The notes: generated by a model from the letters alone, not told the origin. Shown: positions 31,464 to 41,365, counted from the stretch's first letter. The stretch: DNA of 64,000 nucleotides from an uncultured Lachnospiraceae bacterium (GCA_910578405.1 CAJTQO010000009.1:15857-79856), one strand, 5' to 3'. Translations and numbers: made by a program.

Positions 31464-32720
31464 CTACCTTTGCACCATCCGCGCAATCTCCTCCGCATAC
31501 TGCGGATAGTCCTGCGCCAGCCCTTTGATTTCCTCCTCCGCCCTGCGGATAATCATGTCCTTATTATAGTCCATCCGCCGCCGCAGGGACTGCCTGCGGA
31601 TAATCAGATTGTGGCGTATCTCCACCATTTCCTTAGCGTCCAAAAGCGCCGCCGTCTGATGCAGCCAGATGGCAGGGTCTTTCACCTGGTAGCATTTTAA
31701 AATATTTAACAATTCCTGGTGGTAATCGTCCAGCTCTAACTCCGCCTCCCGGTACCGTCTGCGCTCTTCTTTTTCCACCTGGTATTTACCCCACAGACTC
31801 TTCAGCTCCTTACCGCTGGACACCTGGTATTTCATATATAAGTAGTCCAGCAGGTTCGTATTGTTCACATAACGAATCTTTACCCGGTTCTGCAAAAGAA
31901 TAATGCGGTTAATCCCCTTCTCCACCCGTTTCAGTTCCTTCACTGACTCCGTATGCTTCAAATATAACATGGTAATCGCCAGCGCGGCTATCCCTGCCGT
32001 CAGCAAAAAGCCAAGCTGCGTATCCATATCCAGCACATACTGCAGGGCAAACAAAATAACAAAACAGACCACCAATGCCATGGAACAGATAATGGCCATC
32101 CCTCTGGTATCCGCGATTGTCCCTTTGAGTTCGTTTTTCCGGTATAAATAGGCATGTTTCTCCCCTTCCAGCCGGGACATATCCCGCCGGATAAGCTCTT
32201 GGTAAGCTTCCCCTTCTTCCAGTTTCTGACAGCCTTGCTCCGCCTCATCCTCCATCCGCTCCATCTGGTGGTACTTTTCATCGGACATCCGGTTCTTTTT
32301 CTTCAGATACACATCCTGCCTGTCCTCCAAATCCTGGATCTTTTGCGCGGCGGCATTTAATTCCGCCCGTTCCGCCTCCGGCAGCGCCTCGATTTCCTCC
32401 ATATCTTTCAGATAAGAAGTCACCATATTGTATTCGAAGTTTAAAGATTCCAGTTCCTTCGCCGCCTCCCCCATCTGATCCAGGCAGTTTTGGACAAATT
32501 CCTTTCGCTGCGCCGCATTATGGACGTCAAAGCCACCAAGGGAACGCTGGTTTCCGGCGCGGAAACCGCTCCAGTCCTCCGGTATTTCCCCGGATTCCCC
32601 GTCTCCCGCCAGTTCATCCCCCCAGTCCTCCCAATCCAGGCTTTCCTTATTTTTCCTGCCAAATATCCTTTTAAAAAAACCGGGCTTTTCCGTCTGCCCT
32701 TCCTTTTTCAACCATCCCAT
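31464..32720 (-). CDS. Hypothetical coiled-coil protein with a central two-TM hairpin
   Basis: 418-aa ORF with RBS; long charged helical segments flank two hydrophobic helices. Confidence 0.85.
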   Translation of the reverse strand: MGWLKKEGQTEKPGFFKRIFGRKNKESLDWEDWGDELAGDGESGEIPEDWSGFRAGNQRSLGGFDVHNAAQRKEFVQNCLDQMGEAAKELESLNFEYNMVTSYLKDMEEIEALPEAERAELNAAAQKIQDLEDRQDVYLKKKNRMSDEKYHQMERMEDEAEQGCQKLEEGEAYQELIRRDMSRLEGEKHAYLYRKNELKGTIADTRGMAIICSMALVVCFVILFALQYVLDMDTQLGFLLTAGIAALAITMLYLKHTESVKELKRVEKGINRIILLQNRVKIRYVNNTNLLDYLYMKYQVSSGKELKSLWGKYQVEKEERRRYREAELELDDYHQELLNILKCYQVKDPAIWLHQTAALLDAKEMVEIRHNLIIRRQSLRRRMDYNKDMIIRRAEEEIKGLAQDYPQYAEEIARMVQR

Positions 32721-32732
32721 ACTTCTTCCCTG

Positions 32733-33566
32733 TCATTCTGCTGTGATTTCCCTGTAATGTTCTTTTAATACATGGACAATCCGTTCGGTTTCATCATAAT
32801 AGGAAACCGACTGGTTTTCTTCCCTGCATACGCCAAGGGTAAAAAGCATCCTGCTTTCCTGCGTCCCCTCAAACTCCTTCCCGGCCTCTTCCATGAGCTT
32901 CTCCACTTCTAACGCCAGGGCGTAATGCCCCTGATCTCTGGCTGCAAAATCCACATATTCCGCTTCTTCCATTCCCATGCGGTTCGCCGCCAGAAAATAA
33001 ACATGCTCTTCCTCCCCGCCCCCACATTCCAACGCTTTCCGGAAACACTGCGCCGCCCTTTGGAAACGGAACAAATAGGCGTAAACCACTCCCTGGTTAT
33101 GCAGTATCTTCGCCCGCAGCTCTTTCTCTTCCTCCGGCAGTTCCTCCAACAGGCTGGCATAGCTTTTCAATGCCGCCGCATACCGTTTCTGCCCTACCAG
33201 ATAATCGGCGTGCATCTTCCGTTTCCCAAACAGGCTCAAATCCATTCCCACTTCCATGGTTTCCACGGCCTTGGCCCGCGCCTCCGGCTCCCCATATCCC
33301 ACATACTCCAAAACCACCCCGGCATATTCCCCTACCGTGCAGCCTTCCCTTGACCGTTCCTCCAACAGTCCCGCCAGCTCCTCCAGCCCGCATTCCTTTA
33401 ACAGCCAGTCGGCCAGCTTTCCGTCCATCAGATCCTGCTCCATCAGGTAAGCTTCTTTTAGCAGGCAATAACACACTTCCTCCACGGAATAAAGGTTCAC
33501 GCCTGCCTTTTCCATAAAAAAAGGCTTTTTGGCATATTTCCCAAGGCATAGTGATAGTTTCCCCAT
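32733..33566 (-). CDS. Hypothetical TPR-containing protein
   Basis: AKILHNQGVVYAYLFRFQRAAQCFRKAL is TPR-like; RBS AAGGAG. Confidence 0.82.
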   Translation of the reverse strand: MGKLSLCLGKYAKKPFFMEKAGVNLYSVEEVCYCLLKEAYLMEQDLMDGKLADWLLKECGLEELAGLLEERSREGCTVGEYAGVVLEYVGYGEPEARAKAVETMEVGMDLSLFGKRKMHADYLVGQKRYAAALKSYASLLEELPEEEKELRAKILHNQGVVYAYLFRFQRAAQCFRKALECGGGEEEHVYFLAANRMGMEEAEYVDFAARDQGHYALALEVEKLMEEAGKEFEGTQESRMLFTLGVCREENQSVSYYDETERIVHVLKEHYREITAE

Positions 33567-33591
33567 GCTGCTTCTCCTTCCGTCCCCTCTT

Positions 33592-34878
33592 TCAGGCTAT
33601 TTCCATTATCTTCTCCCATTCCGCCCCGGAAGACGGAAACAGTTCGCCAAACCCCATATCCTCCACCTTCATGCAAAACTCCGTACGCGAAAGCATAGAT
33701 GCTTTCACCCTTAACCGCGTCGTCCACTCTTCCCGCTGCGGCAGTCCTTCCAAAACTATATGCACTTCCTTCGGTTCCCCGCCGTTTAAAGGCGCAAACA
33801 GGACGCCCACCGTATCCCCCGTTTCCAGAATCGCTTCAAACTCCCGCTTTGCCTCATACCAGTTTATGCCGCCGTCCATAATGGCAAAATAGGACTCCGC
33901 TCCCTGGCGGAACAGCCGCATTCCGATATTTACCGGCAGCTTGTCCTCCCCCAAAAATATATAGTCCTCGTTAGGCTCCCGCACCCCGGTCTTTTCACAA
34001 ATGCTGTAACAGGCCCCTTTGCTGAAAAGATTGTTCCCCTGGAACACACGCCGGCCTCTGCACAGATAGCGCAGCGATTCCTGCGCCCAGCCGTCCCGGT
34101 ATCCGTCGCCAATCAGGTATACGCTCGAAACCGCCCTGCCATTGCACTTTTCCTTCACAATGCGGGTAAACTTTTCATCCAGCCCGTCCTTTGGCAGTTC
34201 CCCCGTCTCCCCTTCTTCCCGCTTCATTTCCTCCCGGTTATCGGTTTCTATAAACACCACTTGGGGCGTTGTCTTGCGGTTGCATTCAAAACGGTACACC
34301 CGCAGCGTCCGGTTGTTATATTCGCACAAAAGCACTTCATAAAACCACAATGCCTCCGGCTGGGCGAGGGTGTAATAATAAAAGCTCTCCACATGGCTTT
34401 GGAAATAAATCTGCTGTGTCCTAAGCTGCAGGTTCGGCGCCATCTGCGAAAGCGCTTCCACCATCCGCCCGTCCAGACGCTCCACCGTAAACATCACCCC
34501 GTCCAGACATTCCGGCGGCGCAATAATGCTAAGCAGCGACAGGCTCCGCTTTACAAACAGGGTCAGCAGCGCCACCGGGTCAAACGTCTCTCCTTCCACT
34601 GCAATTTCTTCCCCTTTCCATGCCAGCTCAAGCAGATGCTCCACCAGCTCCCCTTCCTGCTCTTTGGCCGCCCTGACCGCTTCCTTGCCAAACAGCCACT
34701 GGTTCACACCCTTACGTTTGCACAACGCCATTGGAATATTATACTGTTCGCTGCCCGCCACCACAGCTAACGTTTCCGCATCCTCCCCAGAGGGCAGAAA
34801 ATAACTGATTTGGGCATAATCTTCCCCCAAATCATAGCCGATTACCACACCACTGTTTTTCTTTTTTCCTACTTTCAT
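33592..34878 (-). CDS. Divergent Hsp70/actin-fold protein (resembles the Lachnospiraceae DUF5716 family)
   Basis: VIGYDLG, WLFGKEA, VYLIGDG and SKGA resemble Hsp70 NBD motifs; beta-rich C-terminus. Confidence 0.7.
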   Translation of the reverse strand: MKVGKKKNSGVVIGYDLGEDYAQISYFLPSGEDAETLAVVAGSEQYNIPMALCKRKGVNQWLFGKEAVRAAKEQEGELVEHLLELAWKGEEIAVEGETFDPVALLTLFVKRSLSLLSIIAPPECLDGVMFTVERLDGRMVEALSQMAPNLQLRTQQIYFQSHVESFYYYTLAQPEALWFYEVLLCEYNNRTLRVYRFECNRKTTPQVVFIETDNREEMKREEGETGELPKDGLDEKFTRIVKEKCNGRAVSSVYLIGDGYRDGWAQESLRYLCRGRRVFQGNNLFSKGACYSICEKTGVREPNEDYIFLGEDKLPVNIGMRLFRQGAESYFAIMDGGINWYEAKREFEAILETGDTVGVLFAPLNGGEPKEVHIVLEGLPQREEWTTRLRVKASMLSRTEFCMKVEDMGFGELFPSSGAEWEKIMEIA

Positions 34879-35014
34879 CTCTCAAACCAACTTCCCAACC
34901 AATGCCTTCCAAACCCTATCCCCACTCTGGAATAAGCCCTCCGGCCCGGATATCTGTCCTGCCATTTTTTCTACTGGAAAGCATAACACATACCATCCCG
35001 AAACGCAACCTTTA

Positions 35015-35770
35015 TCAACCCGTAAACTTCCCGATAAATTCCCGCACTCTTTCGTCCGGGGAAGAAAAGATTTCCTCCGGTTTCCCCTGGCTGCGTATCA
35101 CTCCCCGCTCCATAAAAATAATACGGTCAGACAGTTCTTTCGCAAACTGCATCTCATGGGTGACAATAATCATTGTCATATGCTCCTTAGCCAGTTCCCT
35201 GATTACCTTTAGCACATCCCCCGTCAGTTCCGGATCCAGCGCAGAGGTAGGCTCGTCAAAAAATAAAATCTTCGGCTGCAAAGCCAACGCCCGGGCAATG
35301 GACGCCCGCTGCTGCTGTCCCCCGGAAAGCTGATAAGGGTAAGCGTCTTTCTTATCCTCTAACCCCAACTGCCTAAGCAGCTTCATCGCCCTCTCTTCCG
35401 CCTCCTTCTTCGGCGTCTTGTCCACACTGACCGGGGCGTCCGTAATATTCTTTAACACCGTATAATGAGGGAACAAATTGAAATTCTGGAAAACCAGGCC
35501 AAAATGCTTGCGTATCCTTCGCAGCTTCTGTTTTTCGGCATACACACACCTGCCGTTTTCCTCCCAGGCCGCCGCCTCCCCCAAATACTTCAATTCCCCG
35601 CCGTCCATCCGCTCCAGCATGGTGGCGCAGCGCAGCAACGTAGACTTCCCCGAACCAGAAGGCCCAATAATTGACGTCACCTCCCCTTCTTTTACCGACA
35701 AAGAAATATCCTCCAACACACTAAGCCCATCAAACCCCTTTTTCATATGCTTAATTTCCAACAGCTCCAT
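35015..35770 (-). CDS. Polar amino acid ABC transporter ATP-binding protein
   Basis: GPSGSGKST, LSGGQQQR, FDEPTSALDPE. Confidence 0.93.
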   Translation of the reverse strand: MELLEIKHMKKGFDGLSVLEDISLSVKEGEVTSIIGPSGSGKSTLLRCATMLERMDGGELKYLGEAAAWEENGRCVYAEKQKLRRIRKHFGLVFQNFNLFPHYTVLKNITDAPVSVDKTPKKEAEERAMKLLRQLGLEDKKDAYPYQLSGGQQQRASIARALALQPKILFFDEPTSALDPELTGDVLKVIRELAKEHMTMIIVTHEMQFAKELSDRIIFMERGVIRSQGKPEEIFSSPDERVREFIGKFTG

Positions 35771-35819
35771 ACGAATCCCTCCGTTTTCCATACCGTCCAA
35801 GCAACTGCCCGCTTCCCTC

Positions 35820-36470
35820 TTAGCGGTAATAGTCTAACCGCTTCTCCAAGCATTCCATCCCCCCGGCCACTGCCAGGTTGAAAATATAGTAAAAAACCCC
35901 CGCCGCCATAAGCGGCGTCACGCTCGTCTCCTTTGCCGCAATCTGCTTGGCAATGGTAAACATCTCCGCCTGCGCCAACACAAAAGCCAGCGAAGTGTCC
36001 TTCACCAACGTAATCGTCTCATTGGTAACAGGCGGCAAAATCCGCTTTACCACCTGGGGCAGGATAATTTTGAAAAATGTCTGTCCCCTGCTGTATCCCA
36101 ATACCTTTGCCGCCTCATACTGCCCCACCGGTATGGACGCAATGCCGGCACGGTATATTTCCGCAAAATATGCCGCGTAATTCAGGGCAAACGCCAAAAT
36201 CACCGCCCCAAAGCGGTATCCGGCCGATATTTTCACGCCAAATATGTAATAAGGAGAAAAATAGACTACAATTAATTGTAACATCAGCGGCGTCCCACGC
36301 ATAACGGATATGTACAGTTTGCTAATCCCCTGCAGCCACTTCCTGCGGGACATCCTGCAAAACGCCAGCGCCAATCCTAACGGGAGGGAAAACAGAAGCG
36401 TTAGGAAAAAGATTTCCACTGTAGCCCCCATCCCTTTTAATAATTGAAAAAATATTGTTTCCATTTTCAT
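35820..36470 (-). CDS. Polar amino acid ABC transporter permease
   Basis: RGTPLMLQ, AYFAEIYRAG, GQYEAA, KDTSL. Confidence 0.92.
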   Translation of the reverse strand: MKMETIFFQLLKGMGATVEIFFLTLLFSLPLGLALAFCRMSRRKWLQGISKLYISVMRGTPLMLQLIVVYFSPYYIFGVKISAGYRFGAVILAFALNYAAYFAEIYRAGIASIPVGQYEAAKVLGYSRGQTFFKIILPQVVKRILPPVTNETITLVKDTSLAFVLAQAEMFTIAKQIAAKETSVTPLMAAGVFYYIFNLAVAGGMECLEKRLDYYR

Positions 36471-36519
36471 AGCCGTCCCCATCCCTTTCCTTCCATTCCC
36501 CCAAAACGTTCCCATAGAT

Positions 36520-36556
36520 AAAACAAGACCGCTGTCTTTGCGCTGCAGCGGTCTTT
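36520..36556 (-). terminator. Stem-loop between the binding-protein and permease genes (attenuator or mRNA stabiliser)
   Basis: AAGACCGCTG/CAGCGGTCTT inverted repeat followed by U-rich sequence on the minus strand. Confidence 0.55.
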
Positions 36557-36583
36557 GCCATTTTGTCATTCCTTCCTGTCTTC

Positions 36584-37381
36584 TTACTTCCCGAGACACA
36601 CACTGTCCGTCAGGCCGAAATCCGAATACTTCTCTGCTATTTTCATAAAAGAGCCGTCCTCTGCCATTTCCAACAAAGTAGCCTCCACCTGGTCTTTCAA
36701 TTCCTCATTGCCCAGTTTAAAGCCGATGGCATACTGTTCGCTTGCCAGTTGGTCTTCTAAGATAACATACCCGCCCCCACGGGAGTTGATTTGGTAATTT
36801 GCCACGCCGATGTCAATGGCTACCGCATGGATGGCGCCCTGCTCCAAATCCATAAAAGCCATATTGTAGTCTGCATATTGGTACAGATCTTCAAAAGTGA
36901 TGGCTAACATAGCCGCATCGGTTTCCAAAGCCGCCAATGCGGAGGAATCTTTCTGCACGCCCACAATCTTCCCCGCCAAGTCTGCCGGAGAGGAAATGCC
37001 CGAATCCGCAGGCACTACAAATACCTGGCTGTTGTCCACATAAGGCACGCTCCACGTATATGCTTCTTCCCGGCCCTGCATGGTAAAGCCGTTCCAAATA
37101 CAGTCAATGGCCCCGGAGCTTAACTCCATATCCTTGCCATCCCAATCTATCGGCTGGGCCACAAATTCCCACCCGTTACGCTTACACACTTCTTTGGCAA
37201 GCTCCAGGTCAAAACCTGTGTAATTCCCATCGCCATCCATATAGCCATAAGGCGGGAACTCTGCGTCAAACCCTACTGTCAGCGTCTCCCTGCCTCCTGT
37301 GGGCTTCTTTCCGCACCCAGCCAACAGGCCAACGGCCAATGCCGCCGCACATATAACTGCCACAAACCTCTTCTTCATCAT
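36584..37381 (-). CDS. Amino acid ABC transporter substrate-binding lipoprotein (family 3)
   Basis: Lipobox LAGC; FPPYGY, GFDLELA, IDCIWNG. Confidence 0.92.
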   Translation of the reverse strand: MMKKRFVAVICAAALAVGLLAGCGKKPTGGRETLTVGFDAEFPPYGYMDGDGNYTGFDLELAKEVCKRNGWEFVAQPIDWDGKDMELSSGAIDCIWNGFTMQGREEAYTWSVPYVDNSQVFVVPADSGISSPADLAGKIVGVQKDSSALAALETDAAMLAITFEDLYQYADYNMAFMDLEQGAIHAVAIDIGVANYQINSRGGGYVILEDQLASEQYAIGFKLGNEELKDQVEATLLEMAEDGSFMKIAEKYSDFGLTDSVCLGK

Positions 37382-37472
37382 ATCCTCCCTGCTTTTTCAA
37401 AATCAACTTATCCGTCCACTTATCCCTACTGTGCCACGCTTTCACTGCATTTCGCTAAATTGCGGCACTGAC

Positions 37473-37501
37473 ATAGTAACATGGCTGTGTAAAAGTGTCA
37501 A
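37473..37501 (-). promoter_or_regulatory. Sigma-A promoter of the amino-acid ABC operon
   Basis: TTGACA-17-TACTAT with TG. Confidence 0.65.
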
Positions 37502-37600
37502 GACCAAATGCATATCTCATTCCCTATCCCATTCGCGCTGCGCCGCCGCAAACCTTTCATAATAGTCCATGGATTCTTCTTCCGTCAGGGAAAAAAACTT

Positions 37601-39157
37601 TTATGTAAACCCTTTGATAAACAGATTAATGCATTCGTATCCCACTGCCAGGTTTATGTTCTGCCCTGCGTCAAACCCTGCCGTACTAATCCCGATTACC
37701 TCTCCTTGCATATTCAATACGGCTCCGCCTGAGCTGCCGTGGGAAGTAGGGGCCGTGAACTGAATCATATCCACATTGTCTATTTTCCGAAAGCCTGAAA
37801 TAATCCCGTCCGATACGGAATTGAACAGCCCAAGGGGGCTGCCTATGGCCACCACCTTCTGTCCCCTTACCAGTTTCCTTTGCCCCTGGTAAACCGGGAT
37901 GGGGGACAGGCTCCGGTTAATCCGCAGCACAGCCAAATCCAGCACATAATTATATTTGATTATCTCATCTGTCGTATATGCCTTATCCTCCTCCTCAATC
38001 CTGACCGAATAGTATTTCCCGCCGCTTGCCACATGGTTGTTCGTTAGGATATAGCCCTGCCTGCCCACCATAATCCCCGAACCAGTCCCTAACACGTCCC
38101 CCTTATGGTCATGAATGGCAATCATCACCACACTGGAAGCCAGCCTGGCCAGTTCTTCAAAGCTCTTCTCCGCCTCCCCGGGCAGAGGGCCAAACGTCCG
38201 GCAACTGTTACTTTCCCGGCTTCCTTGCGCTGATATGGCAGGCAGCGCCGGCCTGCCTCCCGGCGCCACAGCGCAAACCGCCCCCGGCGCGCCGGCCTGT
38301 CCGGCGTGGCGTTTCCTTGGCGCATGTTCCGGTATTTTCACGCGTACGCCGCCTCCCTGCTCCCTCTCCCTCTCTTGCTTTCCCCTTCCAGCCTCCGTCC
38401 CATCCATCCCCTGGCCCTGCGCCGCCTGCGGAATGCTTTTCCTGCCAAAAGGCTCCCTGTCATACGCCGGAAAGGCAACTTCCGCATACTCTCCCAATAC
38501 AAACTTTGCCGACAGCCCAAGTTTTTCCTCCGGCTCCCCGATATCCTCCCTGGCCTGCAGCAAAAGCACATCGCACCCCATCCGTGTCAGCAGGTAAAAA
38601 AACAAATATTCCTGCCGTTTTGTGATATTTGCCGCAACAATTTTCCATACCAGCCCTTTCTCCCATGCCGGCCCTCCCTGCCCAATGCCATGGCAAAACA
38701 CGGCGTCAAACCAAAACAACATCTTTACCAGGCTGTTTTTCCTCATGGAATCCGTGCTATGGACATTTCCCTGCGCCTCAATGCTCTCCAATGCCGCGCA
38801 GGCATTCCCAAGCATCTTTTCCAGGACAGCATTCCCCTGCGTGGCATGGGTGGCCGCCCGCTGTTTGCCTCCCGCCGCCCATCCGGCATAGCTTTCCGTG
38901 TAAAAGGAAATGTCTTCCTGCCCCTGCAGCTTTGGCAGTCCACAAAGCCTGCGGTAATACCCTTGCCCACTGTCCGCGCGTTTTGCCAGCGCTTCTTCCA
39001 TTTTCCTGACTTCATCCAAATAACCAGGGCCTGTCCCCAGCGCCCGGACAAAATATACGTCCTTACATCCGCCGTGAAACCCGCCTTTGACGTTTGCAAA
39101 GCCTGCCATTGTAGTGATATCCATTACATTATGCCGAAATTTTTGTATCCCTTCCAT
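37601..39157 (-). CDS. Fusion of a YceG-like module and a trypsin-like (S1C) serine protease
   Basis: Catalytic triad in TNNHV, DLAVL and GSSGG; N-terminal part resembles repeat 1 of the YceG protein at 28389-30662; no signal peptide or PDZ domain evident. Confidence 0.85.
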   Translation of the reverse strand: MEGIQKFRHNVMDITTMAGFANVKGGFHGGCKDVYFVRALGTGPGYLDEVRKMEEALAKRADSGQGYYRRLCGLPKLQGQEDISFYTESYAGWAAGGKQRAATHATQGNAVLEKMLGNACAALESIEAQGNVHSTDSMRKNSLVKMLFWFDAVFCHGIGQGGPAWEKGLVWKIVAANITKRQEYLFFYLLTRMGCDVLLLQAREDIGEPEEKLGLSAKFVLGEYAEVAFPAYDREPFGRKSIPQAAQGQGMDGTEAGRGKQEREREQGGGVRVKIPEHAPRKRHAGQAGAPGAVCAVAPGGRPALPAISAQGSRESNSCRTFGPLPGEAEKSFEELARLASSVVMIAIHDHKGDVLGTGSGIMVGRQGYILTNNHVASGGKYYSVRIEEEDKAYTTDEIIKYNYVLDLAVLRINRSLSPIPVYQGQRKLVRGQKVVAIGSPLGLFNSVSDGIISGFRKIDNVDMIQFTAPTSHGSSGGAVLNMQGEVIGISTAGFDAGQNINLAVGYECINLFIKGFT

Positions 39158-39200
39158 GCCATTATCCCCATTTGTTTTTATCAACAGCGCGAAGCCAATT

Positions 39201-40244
39201 TCACATTTCCATAACCAGCCCGCACACCCGGTAATGCCGCAGTGGATATTCCTCCACCGAAACCCCTTTTTCTTCCGCCAGCCGGAAGATATGCGCCAAC
39301 TCCGGATCCTTCCTATGCCCTTTTTGCACCAGCGCCTTCCATGGAACCCGCCGCAGCAACACTCTTGTTGTTTCCCCAATCCCCGGTTTCACCAGGTTCA
39401 CGTCACGGATGCCGAAATGACGCGCTATTTCCTCTGCCTCTTCCAAACCTTCCCCTTCCACCGTAAAACTGTCGGGCGCCGTCTTCTTCACAAATTCCCT
39501 CTCGATAGCATGGATAAACTCATAAGACAAATCCGCCCCTTCCAGTTCCCCATAGTACACCGCCCCATGGAAATCCTTTTCCCCGATAATATCAGAACGC
39601 AAAAATGTTCTGCTTACCAGGCCCGACACTGTGCTGTTCAGGCAGGAACTTGGAATCAGGATATCCGCATGGGTGCCGCACAACTCTGTTACATTGGCCG
39701 GGTCGGCCAGCGCCGCAATATCCGCCGAGACTCCGTCGTAATTTTGCAGCGCTTTTCGCAATTCTCTCTGGATGGCGCCTTTCCCTATCCAGCCATCCAC
39801 AAATAAAAGCTGCCCGGGGCGATATCTTTCCAACAGATATTCCATGGCATTTTTGTCAATGCCACGCCCTCTGATAATCGAAACCGCATAATGCGCCACC
39901 TCCGCCCCATATTTAAACTTAAGATATCTTTTTAACAGAATGCCCGCCGGGATGCCTGCCCTGGCCAGTGACACTAATGTCACTTCCTCCCCTTTGCTTT
40001 CCATTATTTTATCCGCCAATACGCCCACTGCCCGCGCCGTCGCCCCACTGTAATGCGCCAGCGCTTCCCGGTATATCTCCATATATTCCCTGCTCGGCAC
40101 ATACTCCACAGGCAGCATTTCACAGTAATGCCTCCCGGCCTGTATCAGCCGCTCCCTCTCCTTTGCAGGCTGCGGCTGCACCAGCCCTGTTATATCCTTC
40201 AACAACAGCATTACATCCTCTTTCTTATAAGAACTGCGCATCAT
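39201..40244 (-). CDS. StiP-family protein (PRTase-like plus C-terminal Pelota-like domain), Ter-associated
   Basis: HYCEMLP, VSLARAG, FVDGWIGKG, LIPSSCLNSTVSGLVSRT, KPGIGETTRVLLRRVP. Confidence 0.88.
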   Translation of the reverse strand: MMRSSYKKEDVMLLLKDITGLVQPQPAKERERLIQAGRHYCEMLPVEYVPSREYMEIYREALAHYSGATARAVGVLADKIMESKGEEVTLVSLARAGIPAGILLKRYLKFKYGAEVAHYAVSIIRGRGIDKNAMEYLLERYRPGQLLFVDGWIGKGAIQRELRKALQNYDGVSADIAALADPANVTELCGTHADILIPSSCLNSTVSGLVSRTFLRSDIIGEKDFHGAVYYGELEGADLSYEFIHAIEREFVKKTAPDSFTVEGEGLEEAEEIARHFGIRDVNLVKPGIGETTRVLLRRVPWKALVQKGHRKDPELAHIFRLAEEKGVSVEEYPLRHYRVCGLVMEM

Positions 40245-41365
40245 CCCTGCCACCTCACAACATATATTTCCCTATTCCCACAGCTATGTAAATGGCTGCA
40301 GACTTCACGCAGCCCAAGCTCCGATTTATTATGGGAATCTGTCAGTAAAAGCGTTTTGTCATATTTTCCCAAATCATAAAGAAATGTCCGCCTTCCGTCC
40401 TCATACAGGCTATGCAGTTCATACCTTTCCCGCAGCGGATAGCCCTCCTGCGCGCTCACCGCAATAGGACTGCGTGTGGTGGAATGGCATTTCACCCGGC
40501 AGCCCTCTTCTTCCAGCCTGGCAGCCACATAAATGGCCGGATACATAAATTCCTCCGTTCCAAGCACAAGCGCCCGTTCCTTCCCTTCAAACCAAACCCA
40601 CTGCCTGATTTGCCCATACAAAGCCTCACAGGCCGCCTGGTAAGCCGCCCCGTCCACCAACCGCCTGGCGTCCATATGCCCTGTGGCCTGGTATATGCCG
40701 GACCATCCGCCCTCGTCTTTGGGAAACGGATGGTACACTCCATCCTCCTTATAGCTTTCCGCCTTTTTGGCATAACCGCAGTGGGCAACCTTAATGAGGC
40801 AATGAAGCTCAATCCCCTGCTTTGCGTATTCTTGTTCCGCCTCTTTATCCATGCCGTTCACAAGCGAGGCCACCGCAAACGCCATCCCCCGCCCATATGT
40901 TTTTTGCAGGACGGACACCAGCCCTAATATGGTATTCCCTGTCGTAACTTCGTCTTCCACAAACACAATCCGCCGCACGCTCCCATAGACCCTGTCCATA
41001 TCCGTCTTGGCCAGCTTCTGCTCCACCGCATGGCTGTGACGTTCCTGAAAGAAAAAGAATTCCACGCCTTCTATATTTTCCCTTGTAGTCTGGATATAAC
41101 GGCAGCGCAGACCCGCCGCCAGCCGGGCGCCGATAGCCGTCGCCGTCTCTGCAAACCCTACTAACAAAAGCTCCTCTCCCCCATAGGCCCTGGCCACCTT
41201 CCAAGCCAAAGCGTCAAACATCCTCAACGTCTCTCCCGGCGGGGACGGTATATGCTTTCCCTGCAGCCTGTTCGCCACCAGGTATTTGCGTTTCTTATTG
41301 TTTTCCCTCTTTGCTATGCATACGCATTCCTTTTCCGTATACTTTCTTTTTTCTTTCAATTGCAA
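40241..41365 (-). CDS. Phosphoribosyltransferase with C-terminal TRSP domain, Ter-associated
   Basis: KRENNKKR, GKHIP, GFAETATAIG, VEDEVTTG, LGTEEFMY, STTRSPI; TTG start after AAGGAG. Confidence 0.87.
   Translation of the reverse strand: MQLKEKRKYTEKECVCIAKRENNKKRKYLVANRLQGKHIPSPPGETLRMFDALAWKVARAYGGEELLLVGFAETATAIGARLAAGLRCRYIQTTRENIEGVEFFFFQERHSHAVEQKLAKTDMDRVYGSVRRIVFVEDEVTTGNTILGLVSVLQKTYGRGMAFAVASLVNGMDKEAEQEYAKQGIELHCLIKVAHCGYAKKAESYKEDGVYHPFPKDEGGWSGIYQATGHMDARRLVDGAAYQAACEALYGQIRQWVWFEGKERALVLGTEEFMYPAIYVAARLEEEGCRVKCHSTTRSPIAVSAQEGYPLRERYELHSLYEDGRRTFLYDLGKYDKTLLLTDSHNKSELGLREVCSHLHSCGNREIYVVRWQG

Noticed and set aside
33592..34878. Wadjet JetA assignment suggested by the DUF5716 name
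   Set aside because: No JetB, SMC-like JetC or JetD neighbours; the motifs look Hsp70/actin-like.
39158..39379. ORF-track N-terminal extension of the protease fusion
   Set aside because: It overlaps the StiP gene in another frame; the ATG at 39157 has a plausible RBS.
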